Below, piece after piece: positions 24,848-28,292 of a stretch of 28,292 bases of DNA. How positions within the stretch are numbered: position 1 is the stretch's first letter; each line of letters begins with the position of its first letter. The translations under genes were made by a program, and so were the position numbers. The notes beneath the pieces are model-generated. The model was given only the letters and a program-made list of their open reading frames with translations, was not told the origin of the DNA and did no database searches. This DNA is from a virus. Its lineage: Duplodnaviria; Caudoviricetes. The stretch covers positions 1 to 28,292 of the IMG/VR virus record IMGVR_UViG_3300042446_000347, one strand, 5' to 3'.

Positions 24848-25008
24848 TTGCCCCCCTTATAAAGAAAATCCCAAGCCTTGCGGCATAACACAATAGATTG
24901 GCAGTTATCGCAACAAATAACGCCATCACGATTTAATTCTAAATCGTACATATCGATTGTGGTAGTTACTGCACCACATACAGAGTTTACAGATACAAAA
25001 GTGCTCAT
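24844..25008 (-). CDS. Small Cys-rich protein
   Basis: AAGGA RBS before ATG 25008; ATGA overlap. Confidence 0.7.
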   Translation of the reverse strand: MSTFVSVNSVCGAVTTTIDMYDLELNRDGVICCDNCQSIVLCRKAWDFLYKGGK

Positions 25009-25151
25009 ATATAAAGTCCTTCCGTTGAGCGGTCTAATTCCCAATACATCTTTTCTTCTTGCCACTCAAAGTAATGAGTATCGCAAAGGTCAGATGGCTT
25101 AATAGAATAACAAGTTATTCCGTTTTCAATAGCGTAACATGAAGCGCACAT
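25005..25151 (-). CDS. Small zinc-finger-like protein
   Basis: MCASC...LCDTH; AACGAAAGGA leader. Confidence 0.72.
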   Translation of the reverse strand: MCASCYAIENGITCYSIKPSDLCDTHYFEWQEEKMYWELDRSTEGLYI

Positions 25152-25179
25152 GAAGTTTTCCTTTCGTTTGATTATTGAA

Positions 25180-25201
25180 AGACTATCACAATGTACCGAC
25201 A
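25180..25201 (-). promoter_or_regulatory. TGTCGG-N10-TAGTCT promoter
   Basis: Copy 11 of 13 (variant box). Confidence 0.7.
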
Positions 25202-25218
25202 AATCCTAATCCATTCCG

Positions 25219-25234
25219 TGTGAGGTTCGTCACA
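25219..25234. promoter_or_regulatory. CRP/GlxR consensus site
   Basis: TGTGA-GGTTCG-TCACA. Confidence 0.65.
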
Positions 25235-25248
25235 AATTTCTAGGGTGT

Positions 25249-25281
25249 TTATCCACAGCTCCTTAATGCCCCTGTGGATAA
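25249..25281. promoter_or_regulatory. Two perfect DnaA boxes, inverted
   Basis: TTATCCACA 25249 and TGTGGATAA 25273. Confidence 0.7.
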
Positions 25282-25386
25282 CCGCCCCCAAAAGATAGGG
25301 GCGGGTCTCCCTGAAAGTCAAGGAGACACGCTGTTAGTTAGCTAACAGATACGCTAACCCAAAACCTACCATGGCACATAGTATGA

Positions 25387-25542
25387 CTACCATTTATCTA
25401 ACCTCATTCTATAGATCTTGTATGCAACAGTAATAAAAACGGCGGTGGCAATAGTATGCCAAGGTAGATAGATAGCCCCTAAGAAACTATCTAACTCCAT
25501 GCCATAGTCATTAATACGAAACACTAATCCACTAATACTCAT
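25387..25542 (-). CDS. 51-aa membrane protein (not in ORF track)
   Basis: GGAG RBS; C-terminal TM followed by basic residues. Confidence 0.65.
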   Translation of the reverse strand: MSISGLVFRINDYGMELDSFLGAIYLPWHTIATAVFITVAYKIYRMRLDKW

Positions 25543-25728
25543 TTACTTATCTCCAAACATGTTAAAGACCTCATCTAGTTGTTCATCTGTTAAGTGGTCT
25601 ATCTGTATAGCCTTAACAAATCCGAACACATCTTCTTCTTCTGCCATAAGTTGTTCGTACATCTCCTCTTCTGCTAGGTGTGCGTATGCATCGCTTACAT
25701 CTGCCTGAATTGTATCCCATTTAGTCAT
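25543..25728 (-). CDS. Acidic hypothetical protein
   Basis: AGGAG RBS. Confidence 0.8.
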   Translation of the reverse strand: MTKWDTIQADVSDAYAHLAEEEMYEQLMAEEEDVFGFVKAIQIDHLTDEQLDEVFNMFGDK

Positions 25729-25731
25729 TTA

Positions 25732-25899
25732 TTATTCTCCTACCTTGATAGACATTACATTAGCGGTAAACTTTTTAATCTTTCCTAATTCGCTAGCATT
25801 AAGAGAGTTGATTAGGTGGTCAATAGCCTTGACCTCATGTGCTACATTGTCAATAGAGATTAGTTTAGAGCCTTGCCAAATTGAGTAAGTGATAGTCAT
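25732..25899 (-). CDS. 55-aa hypothetical protein (not in ORF track)
   Basis: MTITYSIWQGSKLISIDN...; AACGAAAG leader. Confidence 0.72.
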   Translation of the reverse strand: MTITYSIWQGSKLISIDNVAHEVKAIDHLINSLNASELGKIKKFTANVMSIKVGE

Positions 25900-25934
25900 T
25901 GTCTGTTCTTCTTTCGTTAGTAGGTTATAGTGGA

Positions 25935-25956
25935 ATTGTAGAGGATAGGGCTGACA
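25935..25956 (-). promoter_or_regulatory. TGTCAG-N10-TACAAT promoter
   Basis: Copy 12 of 13. Confidence 0.8.
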
Positions 25957-25974
25957 AATGGTAGCGACACGCTA

Positions 25975-26112
25975 TTAGTTAGAGTGTGATTTAGAACACC
26001 ATGTCTGGTGTATTGCTAGGTATCTGCACTCTGAGCAGATAGCGTCTCCTAGTCGTGCTAGTAGTTGCTCTCTACTTTCTAGAGAGTTTCTGTTTTCATG
26101 TATTGAGTTCAT
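25975..26112 (-). CDS. Small zinc-binding protein; first gene of the minus-strand array
   Basis: CSEC...HQTWC; AAAGGAG RBS before ATG 26112. Confidence 0.72.
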   Translation of the reverse strand: MNSIHENRNSLESREQLLARLGDAICSECRYLAIHQTWCSKSHSN

Positions 26113-26141
26113 CTGAACTCCTTTCTTTATCTTATGTCTTA

Positions 26142-26163
26142 AGACTAACATGGGGCACTGACA
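26142..26163 (-). promoter_or_regulatory. TGTCAG-N10-TAGTCT promoter
   Basis: Copy 13 of 13. Confidence 0.75.
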
Positions 26164-26329
26164 AAAATCTAATCGAAATTCGGACATTAAGGACATTTAT
26201 AAAAATAATTGCAAAAAAGCATGTGATAAGGGTCACTTATGGGGGCACTAACTAGACAATTCGGACATTTTTATAGTGTGTATCATACATAATAAAATCC
26301 TATTAACATTTTCTAAAATGTGAAAGCTA

Positions 26330-26359
26330 TTGACCTGCAAAAATATCTCATGTTACAAT
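26330..26359 (+). promoter_or_regulatory. Promoter TTGACC-N18-TACAAT with extended -10 TG
   Basis: Diverges from the minus-strand array; about 210 nt to the next ATG. Confidence 0.7.
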
Positions 26360-26575
26360 TGGAAAGGTTTCGGGGGTTACACTAAGAACTCAATATGCCA
26401 GATGTAATGCATAGCGATATTGGTAAACTTTCTTCTACTTTCCTTTAAGTTAAAAAAAGGGGGGTAGGGGGGGTTTGCTAAAAATCTAATTTCCAGATGA
26501 AGTATTAAAAAAAATATTATATTAACATTTTATAAAATCTAATATCCTAGTTGACTAGAATATATAGGGGGAATT

Positions 26576-26815
26576 ATGAGAAAGCTTTATATAGATCAAA
26601 TAGCCAGACGGATCACAGATAGAAAATATTCTACGAAAACGTATTATAGTTCAGATATTGATCAAGCAACGGCGGCAATGCAATGGTTCATAGATTACCT
26701 TGATGTAGAATTACAAAGATGTGACAATGTAGAAGATGGCAAATGTGACATTGAATGGAAGCATGAAGATTGTGAAAGAATTTCAAGAATACTTAAAGAC
26801 TTGAAAACTAGTTGA
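26576..26815 (+). CDS. Hypothetical protein
   Basis: AGGGGG RBS. Confidence 0.75.
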   Translation: MRKLYIDQIARRITDRKYSTKTYYSSDIDQATAAMQWFIDYLDVELQRCDNVEDGKCDIEWKHEDCERISRILKDLKTS

Positions 26816-26831
26816 CTAGGATATAAATACA

Positions 26832-27026
26832 ATGGCTACAAAAAAAGCGGGAACAGAAGTAGAAAACACCACTTGCTACACATATAAAGTAGAGATGTTA
26901 ATTCAAGTCCTTGCTAAGGATGAACCAACAGCTTTGGATCAATTAGAAAAATCAGGTGGCTATGTTACAGATAGACAAGTTACTCTAATGGATAGTGTTT
27001 CTTTATATAATGGCGAAAAGGGATAA
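26832..27026 (+). CDS. Hypothetical protein
   Basis: AGGA RBS; 64 aa. Confidence 0.75.
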   Translation: MATKKAGTEVENTTCYTYKVEMLIQVLAKDEPTALDQLEKSGGYVTDRQVTLMDSVSLYNGEKG

Positions 27027-27232
27027 CTTTTTATCTCCCGCCCTTTTAAGGGTGGATGTATACCGAAGGTAACAAATAACCCTGTTAGGGCCTTAAAACC
27101 CTCTCAGGGTATTTTTATGGCCTATTCCAGCAAATAGCTAAGATGTTGAAATGGGGTCTCTTCTCGCCGAAGCACTTTTTTCGCACTAATTGCACTATAT
27201 GACCGATATGTCCTATATTATATGCATATATA

Positions 27233-27323
27233 ACAAGAAACCCAATCAGAGGCGGATCCGATTGGGTTCTCATATCTTGCGATATATGTACGTAGGAACA
27301 TGTGGGATGCTACAACTACGCAC
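27233..27323 (-). ncRNA. Putative ~90-nt three-hairpin small RNA
   Basis: Starts 6 nt after a consensus -10; three stems, one with a GCAA tetraloop; ends in a terminator-like hairpin. Confidence 0.62.
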
Positions 27324-27329
27324 AATTCA

Positions 27330-27358
27330 ATTGTAAAATAGCTTTTATTCTAAGTCAA
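27330..27358 (-). promoter_or_regulatory. Promoter TTGACT-N17-TACAAT
   Basis: Near-consensus hexamers at optimal spacing. Confidence 0.75.
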
Positions 27359-27364
27359 CTGTTT

Positions 27365-27589
27365 TTAGAATAAAGTTTGCTGCCCGTCTTCTTCTGTTGG
27401 AGCAGAGTATGATGGGGCGGGTCCAAGAAGGTACCCTTCCTCATGATATGAAACCATCTTAGATACATCCTCTGGCCCAACTAGTTTATTTGCAATAATT
27501 GTCAATAGGTCATATATACGGTGAAGCATAATATAGTTAACCATTGGTAGGTTATCTTCTAATGCTGATGATTTTTCTTCATTTTTCAT
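27365..27589 (-). CDS. Hypothetical protein
   Basis: 74-aa ORF, last of its operon. Confidence 0.75.
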   Translation of the reverse strand: MKNEEKSSALEDNLPMVNYIMLHRIYDLLTIIANKLVGPEDVSKMVSYHEEGYLLGPAPSYSAPTEEDGQQTLF

Positions 27590-27686
27590 CTGGTCTACCT
27601 AAGTCTTCCCAAAATTTTTCCCGCCCCATATTATCAATAGGAATAATTGGGGTGCTGTTGCATTGGCAGTCTTTATCACATGTCAT
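27579..27686 (-). CDS. 35-aa hypothetical protein (not in ORF track)
   Basis: MTCDKDCQC...MGREKFWEDLGRP; overlaps both neighbours. Confidence 0.55.
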   Translation of the reverse strand: MTCDKDCQCNSTPIIPIDNMGREKFWEDLGRPDEK

Positions 27687-27897
27687 CTTGGACCTTCTTC
27701 ATAGTCTTTATAATCTCATCATAAAAACCAAATCCTATAAACTTTTTATATTCACAAGATAGGCAATACAAGTATACCTCGTCTTCATTTGTCTGATTAG
27801 GAAGAAGAAGACCTTGATCTAGTGGGCAAACCAGTCTAGGAACAAGGCCTTCTTCAGAAAGTGCTATGTATTGAGATACTTGCTGTATCCTACGCAT
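27676..27897 (-). CDS. Zinc-ribbon-like hypothetical protein
   Basis: CPLD...CLSC; AGGAG RBS. Confidence 0.78.
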   Translation of the reverse strand: MRRIQQVSQYIALSEEGLVPRLVCPLDQGLLLPNQTNEDEVYLYCLSCEYKKFIGFGFYDEIIKTMKKVQDDM

Positions 27898-27903
27898 TTT
27901 CTC

Positions 27904-28292
27904 CTACTTCAAGGTAGTTGGGAATTTAGTATAAAATTCCTTCGCTCTTGGGGTTAAACCCTTCCAAGCTGACCAATTTGTACCGCCCTTGGTCATATAG
28001 TACGTTATCTCTGCGTTTATTACTGGATCAAATAATAGTACATTTGATCTCAGGTCAAATTTTTCTTTACGAGCAACACCAAGGTTTCCCAACATGTTGA
28101 TCTGAAAAATTCCATAGGAACTGTCTCCAGTATTCCTGTTGCCATTATATGCTAGTGGGCGTCCACTGGACTCCGTCTTTGCAATGGCCCAAGCCGTTCT
28201 AAGGGCTTTTCCTTCAAAACCTACTGCTGCCAGTAGTTCTTTCAATTCGATGTCTGAAAGCTTTTCCGAAGGCTTGTAAACAGTATTGCTGT
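27904..28292 (-). CDS. Lytic transglycosylase (SLT/lysozyme-like) domain protein, 5' end beyond window
   Basis: AIAKTESS (catalytic Glu), SYGIFQIN, LFDPVINA, NWSAW; frame open to the window edge. Confidence 0.87.
   Translation of the reverse strand, partial: SNTVYKPSEKLSDIELKELLAAVGFEGKALRTAWAIAKTESSGRPLAYNGNRNTGDSSYGIFQINMLGNLGVARKEKFDLRSNVLLFDPVINAEITYYMTKGGTNWSAWKGLTPRAKEFYTKFPTTLK

Noticed and set aside
15076-26163. Recurring intergenic motifs as a CRISPR array
   Set aside because: The repeats are short, degenerate and separated by whole genes of variable length, and no cas genes are in the window.
27102-27130. Tenth copy of the bipartite element (CTCAGGGTATTTTT)
   Set aside because: There is no CKTAA at the fixed distance.
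27233-27323. tRNA gene
   Set aside because: It has no acceptor stem pairing the two ends, no T-loop GTTCRA and no cloverleaf, so it was kept as an unknown ncRNA.
1-28292. Stop-codon reassignment or alternative genetic code
   Set aside because: Recognisable genes are intact under the standard code, and TAA, TAG and TGA all act as stops at coupled gene junctions.

Overview
This window is a 28.3-kb, AT-rich (roughly 35-40% GC by eye), densely coded segment of a large tailed-phage genome. The host is probably an actinobacterium, based on WhiB, an Lsr2-like DNA-binding domain, an MSMEG_6728-type glycosylase and leaderless promoters. A low-GC freshwater Nanopelagicales-like host is plausible but inferred. 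Positions 1-14853 (+) carry a thermonuclease, an FmdB zinc ribbon, a PA14/EPT-repeat surface protein, a lysis-like cluster ending in a CHAP amidase, WhiB, an HslV/proteasome-beta-like Ntn hydrolase, a secreted S8 peptidase, a pyrimidine-dimer glycosylase, thioredoxin, a secreted Ala-repeat protein, GroES and SSB. At least six of these genes appear to be leaderless. Positions 15366-26112 (-) are an early/host-takeover-like array of about 35 mostly tiny genes, including DUF932, a YubB/DUF1281-like gene and a stand-alone Lsr2-like domain. The main result is the regulatory grammar of this array: (i) 13 promoters with an invariant TGTC(A/G)G-N10-TANNNT geometry and a shared AACGAAAG leader; (ii) nine copies of a 29-bp bipartite element TTTCAGGGR-N15-CKTAA on the opposite strand; (iii) seven roughly helically phased CRP/GlxR-consensus sites; (iv) three pairs of perfect DnaA boxes; (v) two covarying H-type pseudoknots just 3' of genes; and (vi) a 3'-UTR RNA carrying an 11-nt antisense to the shared leader. 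The right end has a divergence region with repeats and a G-tract, a promoter-delimited ~90-nt three-hairpin ncRNA candidate, and a partial lytic transglycosylase. Family assignments come from motif recognition by eye. No searches were run.
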